Part shown: piece by piece, positions 23,163-35,977 of the stretch
Layout of the letters: every line of letters starts with the position of its first letter
Position numbering within the stretch: position 1 is the first letter of the stretch
NCBI GenBank assembly: GCA_051362555.1
Contig: CM120645.1
Coordinates: forward strand, 17,484,001-17,548,000
From: Lingula anatina
Taxonomy: Eukaryota > Animalia > Brachiopoda
Length of the DNA stretch: 64,000 nt
Reading direction: 5' to 3'
Made by a program: the position numbers and the translations under genes
The notes under the pieces: generated by a model
What the model was told of the DNA's origin: nothing
Seen by the model: only the letters and a program-made list of their open reading frames with translations
Database searches by the model: none

Positions 23163-26100
23163 CAGACTTGACATTTAATATGTAATATTTCAGTTTCGAG
23201 AGTATGCCTAGGTAAAAATGCGGTCTTTTTTAAAAAAACTCCGATCTCATATTAGATATGGAATGGAGAAATGTGCAGTCAGGTGTGTCGCTTCCAATTA
23301 ACTGAATACCAGGTTTGTTGCGCTGCTGCATTATGAAATATGCAGTGATTTAATTGGGTAGTGCTCCTTTAGGTAGGTCAAAGCTTGGCTTTGGCAAAGC
23401 ATGGTTCTGTCAAAAAAGTATCAATATGTCGGCAACTACTGCAAAGAAGACTTTGAATTTTTGCAAGCAAGTGGTCGGTTTTGCAGTGTGAAAAATGAGC
23501 TATGCAGTGCTTTACAAATTTGTTAATCTGTGGCAAAATGGCGCGAAAAAAACAGACATTGCCAAACAGATAATCGCGCCAAACGAAATGGTCCGCACAG
23601 TTTTATAGAGTAATGCCTAGACTAATGTACCCACACCCGATGTATTGAAATCTTTCCACCAGGGTACAGGACCCACTGTCTTTCAGGATATGCTGTTGCA
23701 ACTAAACAAAAACCACCCAGTCCGTTCAGAATGAGGGGTAAATTGTCACTAAAACGCATTTTTCAAGGCCCTTAGCGAACACCAAACTGGTTTTAGCAGG
23801 TTAGAATACCAGACGACCTCCGGGGAACCCACTGTAAACAGCAAAACAGCGTTGTATGTTTCTCTAATGAATTAGGGACCTTGACCGTTTCTGGGTGGAG
23901 CACTGAAACCTCGTGGGTTTCTTTATTGAGGTCAGATTGTACCTGTACCGCTCAACTAGTCAAAACAGTTTACAGACATCCAGAAGAGGCCAATGACGAA
24001 GTGTGTGCCGCGTCTAAAGTGACTTACACTGACGGCTAAAAAGGACTCATACTGAGTCTTTTAGGGACTCCAGCAGCGGGTCCTAAATCAAGTCCCTTTG
24101 AGGATTTCTTCGAGTCCTTTAATGTAAAAGAGACTCCAGCTAGCTAGGGTCCCTTAGAAAATCAACTGGAATCAAGGGACTCAAGACGATTGAGTCTTGT
24201 AAAGGACTCGAAAGATTCTTTAAAGGGGCTCTAGCTATGAATTTAATTCCTTCCTAGAAGTCATGACAAACTTTTCCATCCACGAACAACTCAATGTCTT
24301 TGTCATGGTCACATGAACTAAATTCCTCATTTTTTTGAAAACTCGAACACCAATTTTTTGAAGAACAAAGTGGTGTCTCAGAACCTCAGTGGCAGATCTT
24401 TTCTTTAAGAAACTTTTTCTAAAACATTACAGCCTTATAACCAGATATGCCAGTAAAAATCGGAGACACCATTTTTGGTCCTCAATAAATTAAGTGTAAG
24501 GCATTTAAAAGAGCCGGTAAATTGGCTAAAATTAAGTGTAAGGAATTTAAAAGAGCCGGTAAATTGGCTAACCTGTAATAGTTTGAATACTTATCAATGA
24601 ATAATGGTTCCATAGTGTTTATGAATGTATTCTTGTCAATAAGGTAGTCAGCTTGGGCAAAACCTTGACCTTATCTGTATGCCCAATCAGGACTTTCTGA
24701 ATGAAAGTCAGGTGCCAAGAAGGTTGGTCGAATATGCCAAGTTAAAGGCAAAATATGTGGCCACCAAGAGTCATCGACAAATGAATCAACTGTGGCGATT
24801 TTCACATTTTCTGTATAGATGTAAAATTTTGTGTCTCTTGACATAAAGTCTCCTGCGTAAGTAATTATAGGCTGAACTGAATCTCCAAGACATCTGAATT
24901 TTCGAAGTAGGCATCCACATTCTTCCTTCAAATGAGGCGGCAAACACAAAATGCCAGCACACCAGGTAGCATCTACATGTAGAGAAAAATATATACTCAT
25001 TATCATCTACTAATGAGATGTAGCAAATGATGAATATACTTTACATTTGCAGTGAAATATGTATTAACTGTAGCCTTCAATGTCATAACACTAGCTTTGG
25101 ATGTGTTCTACCAAATTTTCTGTTGTCAAAGGATGCAATAAACATTAAATCCAAAAGAATTAACAAGATGAAATTGTGCATACATGTAGGGTCACAAAAA
25201 TGTGCTAAATTCAAAAAAGTGCCAAGTAACGAGTAACATCAACCTCTTGTAAATCTCACTTTTATTGTCTAGGTTTACACTGTTGCAAGAAAGAATTGTT
25301 TCATGATTAAGTGTAGGATCTAAAAATAAATCATTGCATAGGTAATGTGCAAGTTCATAACAGTTACATTATTTTATGAGTAGAGGATTGTGTTCAATGC
25401 AACCGAGGATAATTTTATTGGGATACTAAAGCGTTCAATTCCAAGGTTTTCATCTCAATTATCCCAAAAGGAATCTATATGGATTAAAAAACCCCTGGAG
25501 TTGTGAGCCCAGATGAGGGCGGGCATAAGTTGCCAAAAAATTTTGACATCATCATTAGACCCACAATCTGCGCAGCCATATCACACTGAAGAAGAAAGCA
25601 GCCTAAGCCTGGCTTGCGGAAACTTCTGACGTTTTATAAGGTAATTTTGCCTTTATTTTGAGACAATACAGAATGATGCAAACCACGAAATTGTATTCAA
25701 TGTTTTTTTAGAGGGAAGCATTTCAAAAGGAACTGAAAAAAATATTGAAAATTAAATGGTACATACACTTTCTGTCAACATCAGAGCGTGCAGACGCCAT
25801 AGCTTCTTTAGCCTCTTGCAGTTCACTAGAAAGTCCCCTCATGGAAGCTCCTTTTCCTTTGGGCTGTGGCAAATTGACAAGAGCTTGTCCATAAAAAGCC
25901 AAGTTTTTGGCCATTGCTGACTTAATATCCTTCCCCGATAGCCTTGTGAATTCACTGAATAACTGAAAATAAGTAAACATTTTACTTATAGATAACTTCA
26001 ACAGATAAAAATATGAATTTATTCTAAAAATTGTTATGGTATAATATTTCAAGATTAAAGGTAATTTTTCCTAACTAGTTTGTTATTCAATATCAATTGC

Positions 26101-28230
26101 TAGCCAGATCAAACACCAAAAGCCTTTTTTACATGAGCTGATCTTTTAAAACAATACTGTAACATAATATCAGATAAACAAGACAGCAAAAGCGGAAGTT
26201 TAGCCTGACCTCTTGTGGGGAACCCCCTTAAACCATCCCGGGGCCCCACATTACATAAAATACCCTTTTTATAATTATAATCCCCAGGGTTTGTGCACAA
26301 TGGGCTCACATCTTTGGATAACGCTATCTGTAATACTGCTACAGAGATTCCCAGGTTCCTTGTCTTAAATTCTGCACACGGAAAAGAATGAAACGACTCC
26401 ATGTTGTAACTTCAACAGAATATATTTTGCTTCACTAACAGTTACATGATACAAGTATGACTTCTCTCTTCTTTTCTCTCTCCAATCTCCCCTCTAGATT
26501 TAAGTTTACAGATTTTTATACAAAACTTTATCAGTTAAACTGTCCATCACATAACTTAAAAACTGATTGGTTACTTCATACACAAGGCCACCTCTTCCTG
26601 GTGGTCACCGTTAATAACTCCCTGTAATCAAGCTCTCACAGATTACTGGCTTCGAAACAAAGGACATTAAAATTGGAACTGCAAGGTGTGAGGTATTACC
26701 TGAAGATACTATACAACATGGCTTCCCATGTATCAATTTTATGAAACAATGGCTTCCTCTGATTGAATTAATACTACACCATGTATGAAAATTTTAAAAG
26801 TACTAATTACACTTTTTTCTATACCGTGGTTCCTGAAACTCTGTGGTCCAATTTCAGAAACGCAATGACCTGATTTTCTACTGCTATATCCGCACAGCGG
26901 TGGATTCAAAAATGCTAAATACTACATGATTGTTTTTTTAAAAGCTTACCGGGTTTTGTGATTTTTTTATTAAAGTTAATCAGAACAAATCCTATGTGTG
27001 AGAATAATATTCCCTGGCCAAGATTTTGATTACTGCCACGGAAAAAGTCACAGTATTCAATATTCACAGCAACAGGCCCAAAAAGGGCTATGGGTCTATA
27101 TCTGATCGTCTCAATATGGTCTAAAGCACTCAATGATATAAAACTGTAGGAAATTAAATAAAAAGTAAGTCTAAAACCGTTAAATACTTAAAAGTTTTAC
27201 TTACCAAAATAAGAAACGTGTGTGAAGGCTTCCTCGTGGTACCTGACGGATCTGTCATCACCAATCACGTGACCAAAAAAACCGCCAAAGTGAGTCTTTA
27301 AAAGGACTCAAAACTTGAGTCTATCTTGAAACAATGAAATTGTTAGGTTGGATTCCTTTAACGGACTTGAGTGAGTCTGTTTTGGTTAACATTGAGTCTC
27401 TAAGGGAATACAGCACCCTGGAGGCCTCAGACAATCGGTTGAAGCTTTTTTTCTCTCAGTGTAGGTAATTAAAAGCGTCATTATTTGGAGTGGATACCAC
27501 ATTGGTGCCAAAACACCAATGGTAGCCATCGACGAAAACCTGAACCAGATCAAATAAATCTGGGAGCCACTTGACTATAATTTGATAGGGGGCACCTTAG
27601 AAACAATTTAAGGTTGCACGGTGAGATTGCCGGTTCACACACAGCACTTTTAATAGCAGACTACTTACAAAACCAAGGGAATGAGCGGGATCCTTGGTCA
27701 TCAAAACCGCCATATTTGAACCACATAGACAATATGTGGGTAGGCCGTTACTCGTCGAATCCATGGCCTACGTGGCCTACAACAAAACTGAACCAAATTG
27801 GACAGATTTCGACGGATGCCTGGAATGTTTTTCCGGATTGAACCTATCCCAAGGAATGCCTTGAAACTCGAGAGCGCCGGTAGCAGCCAGAAGATGTCAG
27901 GCGTAACAGCGACCGTTACTAAGACTAGACACTGACATGAGGGTTCTTTGTGGAGCTTGTAACTCTTTTACAGACAATAGTTTGGAAAATATGGAGATCT
28001 AAAATATCTCTTTTTAATGGTTGTCGTATGACGTCTAATACGCAATGTGTTTTTGTTTGCTTCTCTGGCGAATTCCATTAATGAACTGATGTCACAATGA
28101 CATCAAAGAGATAATTAAAAGTAATTAAAACACGATTTTAATCCTTATTTTCATTTATCAGTCAGCAAAAAAGGAAAAACTGATGAAAAATGATTTGGGA
28201 AAAAATATTCCATATTAAATGTCAAGTCTG
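23163..28230 (+). mobile_element. Tc1/mariner element with a dead transposase, interrupted by a nested CACTA element
   Basis: TA|CAGACTTGACATTTAATATG...CATATTAAATGTCAAGTCTG|TA (~28-bp TIR, TA TSD). Rejoined frame VYRHPEEANDEVCAASKVT*VIKSVIIWSGYHIGAKTPMVAIDENLNQ, then SHTALLIADYLQNQGNERDPWSSKPPYLNHIDNMW (Tc1 WPxxSPDLNPIENxW equivalent). Confidence 0.9.
24027..27461 (-). mobile_element. Non-autonomous CACTA/EnSpm-type element with spliced accessory-ORF remnants
   Basis: TA|CACTG...CAGTG|TA with subterminal AAAGGACTC/GAGTC repeats at both ends. Minus-strand exon 25765-25960 (FSEFTRLSGKDIK...) and 24680-24985 (AGILCLPPHLKEE..QPII..LLVATYFAFNLAY..FIQKVL), resembling the SAMD3-like EnSpm accessory protein as recalled. 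Donor near 27203 with CCAATCACGTGA at ~27261. Confidence 0.75.
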
Positions 28231-28793
28231 TATATAGACAGCCTCAGCGTTAAGAAAGCATCTCTCCGTTGAAATGAATATAGTGGTGACAGCAGGACTG
28301 CAGCTCCATCTACAGTCCACAGTTCCCAAAGCACAGAAGATAGGGATCCGACTGGATGCAACCGTTGACTACAATATGAACAACAGTTATGAAGCATTGG
28401 TCAGGTGTGAATGGCCCAGTAATTCACATTCTTTACGTAGACAACGTAATGTGCACACGACGAAGTTGTAGATTGTTGAATAAAAGTCATGACTTGTTGT
28501 TTTTGTAAGTTTATTGTTTGCAACCTTTATTTTAATAACCACAAATAAGGAATACGTATTTGCTACAAGCAATGGCTGCCCAATAAGCAAATATCACAGG
28601 TTGGTCATTTTTCAATTGCAACATACGGTATATGTACAACTATTCTTAGGTAATCTGTGTGTTGTTTTAAAATAGTGCGTTTCTTTAATTTCAGACACAC
28701 CGAAGTCAACGAAGATCATTATCTTGTATCTAAACGTACATCTCTAGGCGTGCACTGCTTGGCTATCTCACAAGACGTTTGCTTGCCCCTTAA

Positions 28794-29130
28794 AGGGATA
28801 TTAACTCTTCGTATGAGATCTATATTTCACAATAAAAACATTGTGAATAACTCATAGAAATATAATATATTTTGTTTTACCACAAAAACGGAAGTTATAG
28901 CTATTATTCTGATATCTGGGCTTGTCTTTAGACCACGTGACCTCCATTGGTGGCTATACTCTGTTAAAATCTCTTAAGAGATTTTAACAAAAAACCAAAC
29001 TTTTTAGAAAAAAAACAGGGACTAACTTTGAATGTAAAAATGGATTCGTTAACCATTGGTAAGTATGGGAAAATTGTTGTTTAATCCAGGAAAATTCATT
29101 TTTTGGCCGAAACGAAGAGTTATTATCCCT
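28794..29130. mobile_element. Kolobok-like MITE with TTAA TSD, inserted in a coding exon
   Basis: TTAA|AGGGATATTAACTCTTCGT...ACGAAGAGTTATTATCCCT|TTAA; removal restores ...QDVCLPLNIALLNM-AG|gtacag. Confidence 0.85.
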
Positions 29131-30021
29131 TTAATATCGCTCTCCTCAATATGAGGTACAGTTTTACGACAGCATCCCAGGAAAGTGGGAAACAGTAATA
29201 CTGATCAAAAACGGTTTATCTGTACTGGTGGTCTGTTGAGGTCGCCTGTTTGAGAGGGGGACGGGCGTCCTTCGCCCTAGATTCACAGTTTATAACACAC
29301 TTGTAACACGACCACCCACAGTGAAGCCATTACGTTCTGTTGTTCCTGCAATCCCCATCTCTCTGTGTGTATGTGTGTTTTTTAATCATGGCACTCGTCC
29401 AAATTCATCATCCCCGAGGACGAGTCCGGCAAACTCTCGGTGCAACTTGGAGATATGGAGCCAGTGGGGAGCATTTCCCCAGAGCTGCTCTAAGTTTCAG
29501 TTCTCTGTGTATTGATATCATTATTATACATGTATTATTTGCAGCACTCCAACCAGAATTTGTTCTTAGCGAAACAACAATGTGGGTTTCTCTTTGCGAA
29601 AATGAGAGAATAACGTCCCCCCCCCCCCATAATTAAAATTTCTATAGACTATAGTGACACTCTACTCACTTTATTATTTGTCTATTCAGTTCAACCGTTG
29701 TACCTTTGGTATTTTCATTGGTCCAGGAAGTGCAATATTTAAGCGTTGAGATGGTGTTTATTTTACTTAAATGGGTTTTTACGTACTTTATTATTAAATT
29801 CATATGCAGTGGTAGATATTAGTACAGAATATCAAACAATTAACATGTTAGGAATACATATTTATAAGACAATACATTCCAATCGAGTTATGAATATACC
29901 GGTAGTTGTGATACTGGCTTTCAGATATTAAATTGACTTCTGGAAATTACTGTTTGCATTGGTCATATACATGTACTACCTGTTGAGTTGATTTTGATAA
30001 ATAACGTAATGGCGTTTTTAG

Positions 30022-30241
30022 TTTGAAGAGACTTATGCGCCTCTATAGCTACAATTAAAGTGAGGCATCTGTTTTTCCTGGTGACTGACGTAACACTTGA
30101 CGAATATGTAGATCACACAGATGGCATGGGCAACGTTCATGTAAACGTTGCCATAGAACCTGCGTTGCACGTGCACTTTCCCAGTGCCTCGGATACCATA
30201 GTTTGCGACGTTGTCAACCCTTCGCTCGTTCTCCTTTTTAG
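30022..30241 (+). pseudogene. Exon with open frame FEEDLCASIATIKVRHLFF...NPSLVLLFR
   Basis: tttttag| and |gtaagt borders, 220 nt with no stop. Confidence 0.75.
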
Positions 30242-30334
30242 GTAAGTCCTATTCCAGAGTCCTAGAGTTCCAATACGGCTGTCACATGTTTCTGCGTATC
30301 ATTATACGTCCCCTGGAAATATTGGTCTCTGTAA

Positions 30335-32032
30335 TGGCCCTGTCACACCTTGACGATTTAGCCAGCGAACGCCAACGTATGAAAAATTTGACCAGTACGC
30401 TGGCGTACGTCGAGTGAGTTATGGGTAAGTTTTGTATAAGTTAAGAGCACGCTGAAGCACACCGGTGTCACGTGTACGGTCCGTTCTGCGTGAACCATCC
30501 GTCCTGACTGATTGTACACGCAGCAGACGCGTGTATGAGCCGTTCCGTGAATGATCCGTTGTTATTCACTAGTACTGTTATATGCGGCTAGTTCATTTCC
30601 TACCACATTATACATTTACTATGATGGGGATAAAATTCACGTGTTAATTGATAATTTTGATAGAGAATCAGCGTCAAATTACAGTTCGACGCATAGATGA
30701 ACCTACTGTGGACGGGCCGTCGTTATTCAGCTGCTAGCTACTATTTTTGTATTGGTTTTACTAGGCTAGTGTGTTGATATGACCACCTGAGGGAAATCGC
30801 AGTAGAGGTGAACATCTATAAGATATGAATACTTCTAAAGATTACGTTTGAATTTGCAGTATGTTCTCAACAGTGTTTGTTTATTAAAGGTTAAGAATGT
30901 ATTGATGACTCTATAGAGACGGACTGTACACGCCGGAAGTATCTCAGATTTGCCGCCGCTTTGTGCGCATGAGCAGAACGGATGGTTCACGGTCCGAGCG
31001 GTACACGCCACATCGGCATACCTCGTAGTGCGTCCAGGTAGTCCAAAATTTTGTGCATGCTCAAAACTTTTCGACGTAAGTCAACGTATGATCCATACGT
31101 CCCGCATACGAGTGCAAAAAGTTATGGGATCGATGACGTCCGTTCACACACGTAATGTGTAAGTTACTCACAAGCCGTAATACGTCACGATAATATCAAG
31201 CGTACCCAAGACGCTTGTTCAACCTATGGTTAACGGGCTTGAACCCATGTATAACTTATATCGAACTTACCTCCAACGCACACTGACATATTAGGCGTAT
31301 CTGACGCGTTCCGAAACAACCCCAGAACTTACTGAACGTGCTGCTTACGTTGAGCTACCGTATGATGGCGTGTTGGCAGCGTTTAGGGGAATTGGGGTAT
31401 AGGTTTAAAAATATATAGAATATGAAAATGGGGTTCGCAGGTGATGATGGTGATGTTGACACTGCGATTTCTAGTGAGGCTATGATTTGAGTCATCAAGT
31501 GACTGACATATTAGGCGTATCTGACGCGTTCCGAAACAACCCCAGAACTTACTGAACGTGCTGCTTACGTTGAGCTACCGTATGATGGCATGTTGGCAGC
31601 GTTTAGGGGAATTGGGGTATAGGTATAAAAATATATAGAATATGAAAATGGGGTTCGCAGGTGATGATGGTGATGTTGACACTACGATGTCTAGTGAGGC
31701 TATGATTTGAGTCATCAAGTGACAGCCTTTTTATAGGCTACGGCACGTGATCGTCGGCCATACGCTGCTGTGCGGTATGCATACGTTAGACTGGCGTTGG
31801 GCACAAGTTGTGAACGCCGGCAACACGCTACGCATCCGTTGGTATAAGTTGTCTACAAGTAATAGAAACGTTCTATATAAGATACTAATACGTCATGTAT
31901 ACGCCGAACTCGTTATGAATACGCTATGTATACGCCAAAAATTGAAAAAAAAACGTCGACAGTTCAACGTATGCCATCAAAATGATCACGTCGGGCATAC
32001 GCTGGCGAAATCGTTAAGGTGTGACAGGGCCA
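30335..32032. mobile_element. Non-autonomous PIF/Harbinger element (1.7 kb) in an intron
   Basis: TAA|TGGCCCTGTCACACCTTGACGATTTAGCCAGCG...CGCTGGCGAAATCGTTAAGGTGTGACAGGGCCA|TAA. Confidence 0.9.
31282..31721. repeat. Near-identical 220-bp tandem duplication inside the Harbinger element
   Basis: ACTGACATATTAGGCGTATC at 31282 and 31502; only a few substitutions. Confidence 0.9.
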
Positions 32033-32498
32033 TAACGTAGATACCTCGTCGTTCATATGGTGGGACCGCAAAATGAGGCCATCAGAAAACAGGGCATAGA
32101 CCACCAGCAGAGCCTACTTGTATGTACACCTATGCATTGGCACATTTGTTTACGTTGTTTTCTAAATTTGCTGCTGGAACTGTATGTAGTATTGTGAAAA
32201 TTTTGTAAACATTATCCTTTCAAAAACGAGTACGCACGTTAGGGACTCTAAAGCGATGGCTGCTTTATTAGAGTATTGCAGTATAGTAGAAGACACATGT
32301 ACAGGTAGGTGGTGTGCATTCACGTACATGAGTGTGTGAATGCAAGGGAATACACTGAGCTTATTTGGGTTGGAGTGCAGGAAACATGTCATTGTCGTTT
32401 CAGACCTCGGTGTTGTCAGCCAGTCCGAGACTGACACATACACGACTACGGCCCCTATCACGGAGAGTTTGGACATTACCAATTGTTCTAATATCTGT

Positions 32499-32672
32499 TC
32501 CGGTGTAACGTGACAGAGAGTCCCTCATAACAGAGAGTCCGCTTCCCATTCATTTGTACAGGTGAGCCTCGCCCTAGATTTTGACCCACTTAGGTCAAAC
32601 TAACCCTAAACATTATAACTATATTGAGGGCGGACTTAGTGTTACACGGACCTTCAGTTTCGTTACACCGGG
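32499..32672. mobile_element. MITE inserted in an exon; related inverted copy at ~35349-35580
   Basis: TIR CCGGTGTAACG/CGTTACACCGG with flanks TGT/CGT; removal gives the open frame ESLDITNCSNICEGVHLVVHK. Confidence 0.7.
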
Positions 32673-33369
32673 CGTGAGGGCGTGCACCTTGTGGTCCACA
32701 AAGCGGGACCGGGGTACAGAAAAGACGCTGGATTTCTTTGTTTGGAAACGGCATATTCGATTTTCACAAGTTTTGAAGAATGCTTGCTCCTGCTTCTGCG
32801 TATGTGTGAACCGTTGTGTTTGACATCTTCGTATCCGATGTGTGTATTACGTATTTCAGATCAAGCGCCAACAGTCAGGTGTTTCAATATCAAGGCGCAT
32901 TACCATACAGTTATAGAAATATTAACCAAGAACGTCAGCTTATCAAGTATGTCTTTATTATACGATATTTAGGTGTATTTATTAAGGGCATGGAATGGTG
33001 ATCATTAATGAATACATTTTAACTCATTGCAGGCACTTTAGGTTAGCTACGGTAGCCATCGCGTGTCCTGTTGGACGGGTACCTGCCTTTGTCCGGATGG
33101 AAGCAGTAGTATTGATGTGATTTGTGTTTTTATTGTCTTAACAACCCCGGTACTAATAATTTTATATGTTGCAGGACATTTTCTCTTGCTTCATACATTT
33201 CTAAGTCCGTTCTCGACATAAAATTAGTCTTTCAGCATCAAAATTTTGTGGCCGAACGCAACCAAAGAAAACATTTGCAAATTTAAGTGGATGGCAATTT
33301 TTGAAATATAAATATGAAAGTCATATTATGATATTGAACCAGTTGTTTATACTTGGTTATGGTTGACAG

Positions 33370-34274
33370 CATAACCACAGTTGCCAGTGTGACATGTGCC
33401 CGGATGGTAAAACTAAAAAGGTGGTCACTGATGACCCACCCAGTCTGCGTGTCCATGTCACTGTGCGGACGGTTGGCCACGCAAGATGAACGCGGACGGC
33501 ACGTGTGAGTTACAGTACATATACATATTCATAAAATAAAAATGGCGAATTTATGTTAATTTTCAATGAGGTTTTAAGTAAATAATTTGTTAAGATTATG
33601 GTTGAATCGAATCATTTCGATGTGCAGTACAATCCACACACCATTGTTATAATTTTGATTAAAAATAATGGAACCAAGGCAAAAAGTTGATATTTTAGTG
33701 AAATTTTGTGTACAATTTTAATGCTTTTGACATCCGTATATCAATCGATATACACATTATATCAATGTGTATATTTGTAGTGTGGCTGTGAGTGTCCAAA
33801 TGGCGGTTATGGTACCTTTAAACCTGACGGTGGCTGTCATTGTTCATGTGAATGTAAAAACTGCCAGAACACGGTTATAGCCAGTGATGGAACGTGTTAC
33901 TGTTCGAATGATGTGTGCGTATATTGCACCCCACGTAGAAGCACAGACAGGTATATGCTTATATTAATAAATGTGGACACCTGTTATATTCTGTAATTTA
34001 TCGAATGTTTGTAATGGGGGAACTGTTTGCAGTATTACGTGTTTTAAGTTTCGGAACTACTAGAAGTTATCTGATTTGAATGTCTTTTTTCGCCTCTACA
34101 GCTGCCCGGTGTGTAACTCTGCCTACGAGCCCGTGTGGGAAGACTGTCGCTGTGTTTGCCGTGAGAAGACCCAGTGTGGACTGTGCCCTGCCTGTGTACG
34201 AGGTCGACGTGGAGAGCAGTGTGACCAGCCGCACTGTGAACCCTATAGTTTACAGACAGACAACGGGTTGATAG
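33370..34274 (+). pseudogene. Cys-rich CxC/DGxC exons
   Basis: HNHSCQCDMCPDG..(fs)ACPCHCADG..ADGTC; CGCECPNGG..DGGCHCSCECKNC..DGTCYC; CPVCNSAYEPVWEDCRCVCREKTQCG..CVRGRRGEQCDQPHC. Confidence 0.8.
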
Positions 34275-35776
34275 GTAAATCGTCCTAAATTTAAGTGTAA
34301 ATGTGCCGTGGGCTGGCACGGTTGAATGAATTTACACAGCATAATAGACAATTATTTTCATTTTTTACAAATGTTTTTTTCCTTTAAATTAATTATCATT
34401 ATATCAAACAACATTTATTTGGTTGCATCTTATGTCAGCTAAATGTTCTATTAAACTACAATACAAAAAGGACTTTACATTACATTGGATTCATACAAAA
34501 AGTCGTTGGTAGGACCTTTACATTACAAACACGCCTGAAGTATTTCGGAATGTTTCGGCAATGGTGTTTGCACCCCTCAGTCGTACCACTGTAGCTCCAG
34601 GTACGTGTGTTCCCAATCTGGGCCGGCGTCTGTTGTAATGTCAGAATACCAAGAAACATACGAGATGAGCTTTACTTACAGACAGCAGATGGTGGGTGAA
34701 CATCGTCAACATTTCTCATCGAATTTAAATAACTTTATCTTTAGACAAGTTTTTCAAAATGTTTGGAAAGGTATAACATACTTTGAATCACATTTGTAAC
34801 ATACGTGTATATTTTAGAGTATTGATATAATTTTTCTTTACAATTCTCCGGGGGTTTAGTATGCATCGTTATTTATTTCCTGATCTAATCATACCGTCTC
34901 GAAAAGCAAAGGAAAGGCGCATAATTTGAAGAGAATATCTTCGTACACCATTAGCATTGGATGTGATATGGGCTTTAAGTTGATAACTGGTATGTGTTCC
35001 ACTGTATATGGTATGGCATAGTCGTTGGACGCCGGTGTATATATGAAGATATTCTCTTCAAATTGTGCGCCTTAAGGTGAAAGAACATAAATATAACAGT
35101 ATATATACCGGTGTCATACTGGATTGCAATTATAATCACGGCACCAGTGGCGTTGTTCCTGTCTTTAGCAATGTCTGCAATGACGGTGTCGTTATTAACC
35201 GTCAATCTTGTGCTGTTTTGGTTATGCTCTGGACTAGCCCGTCAATTCTGAATAAAAAAGAATTATCTAACGTATATGCGTTTTATATGCCAGATATACA
35301 GGTTTTTCTACATTATCATTTTAATAATATCTTTAAAAAATCATAAAACTGAGGGTCCGTGTAACAGAAAGTCCGTCCTCCGTATAGTTATAATGGTGTA
35401 TATTTTAGAGTATTAATATAATTTTTCATTACAATTCTCCGGGGGTTTAGTATGCATCGATCTTTATTTTCTGATCTAATCATACCGTCTCGAAAAGCAA
35501 AGGAAAGGTTAGCCTGACCTATGTGGGTCAAAATCTTGGACGAGGCTCACCTGTACAAATGAATGGGAAGCGGACTCTCTTTAACTTTACAACGGGAGGG
35601 GGGAGAGGGGGTTGGAGGGCTTAGCTACGTATTTTAATTATGGTAGTCCTAGGTGTAGAACAAATGGTTTAGTGACTCTGTACACTTCTTTGAAACAAAT
35701 TTAATAGTTACCCCGTTCCTTTCCTCACGCCTGTGGTGAATGGCACTGATTGTGTCAACGCATTATTTCCCCCTAG

Positions 35777-35977
35777 GTGTATCTGTCACAGTAGACGTCT
35801 GGTTCAGTCCGGTGATAAGGCGTCTCTTCCTTAACGTGCGTTCTGGTCTAACTGCCAGTTTTTAGGGGCAGACGTCTGGACTGTCTGGACTGATGGACGA
35901 CAACCAGGACAACGATTTCACCATGGCCAATGGCACCGTGGTCACCAAGGACAAGGCAGTGAAATTTGCCGAGTCAT
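35777..35977 (+). pseudogene. VWD-domain C-terminal exon with an in-frame stop
   Basis: GVSVTVDV..FLNV..SF*GQTSGLSGLMDDNQDNDFTMANGT..FAES(W), matching the VWD TxGLCG..NDF..G..F..SW motif with C>S. Confidence 0.85.

Noticed and set aside
21992-23779. Single foldback transposon with long TIRs
   Set aside because: The true TA-flanked termini are at the inner ends (22620, 23163) and pair with 28230, so these are two Tc1 copies.
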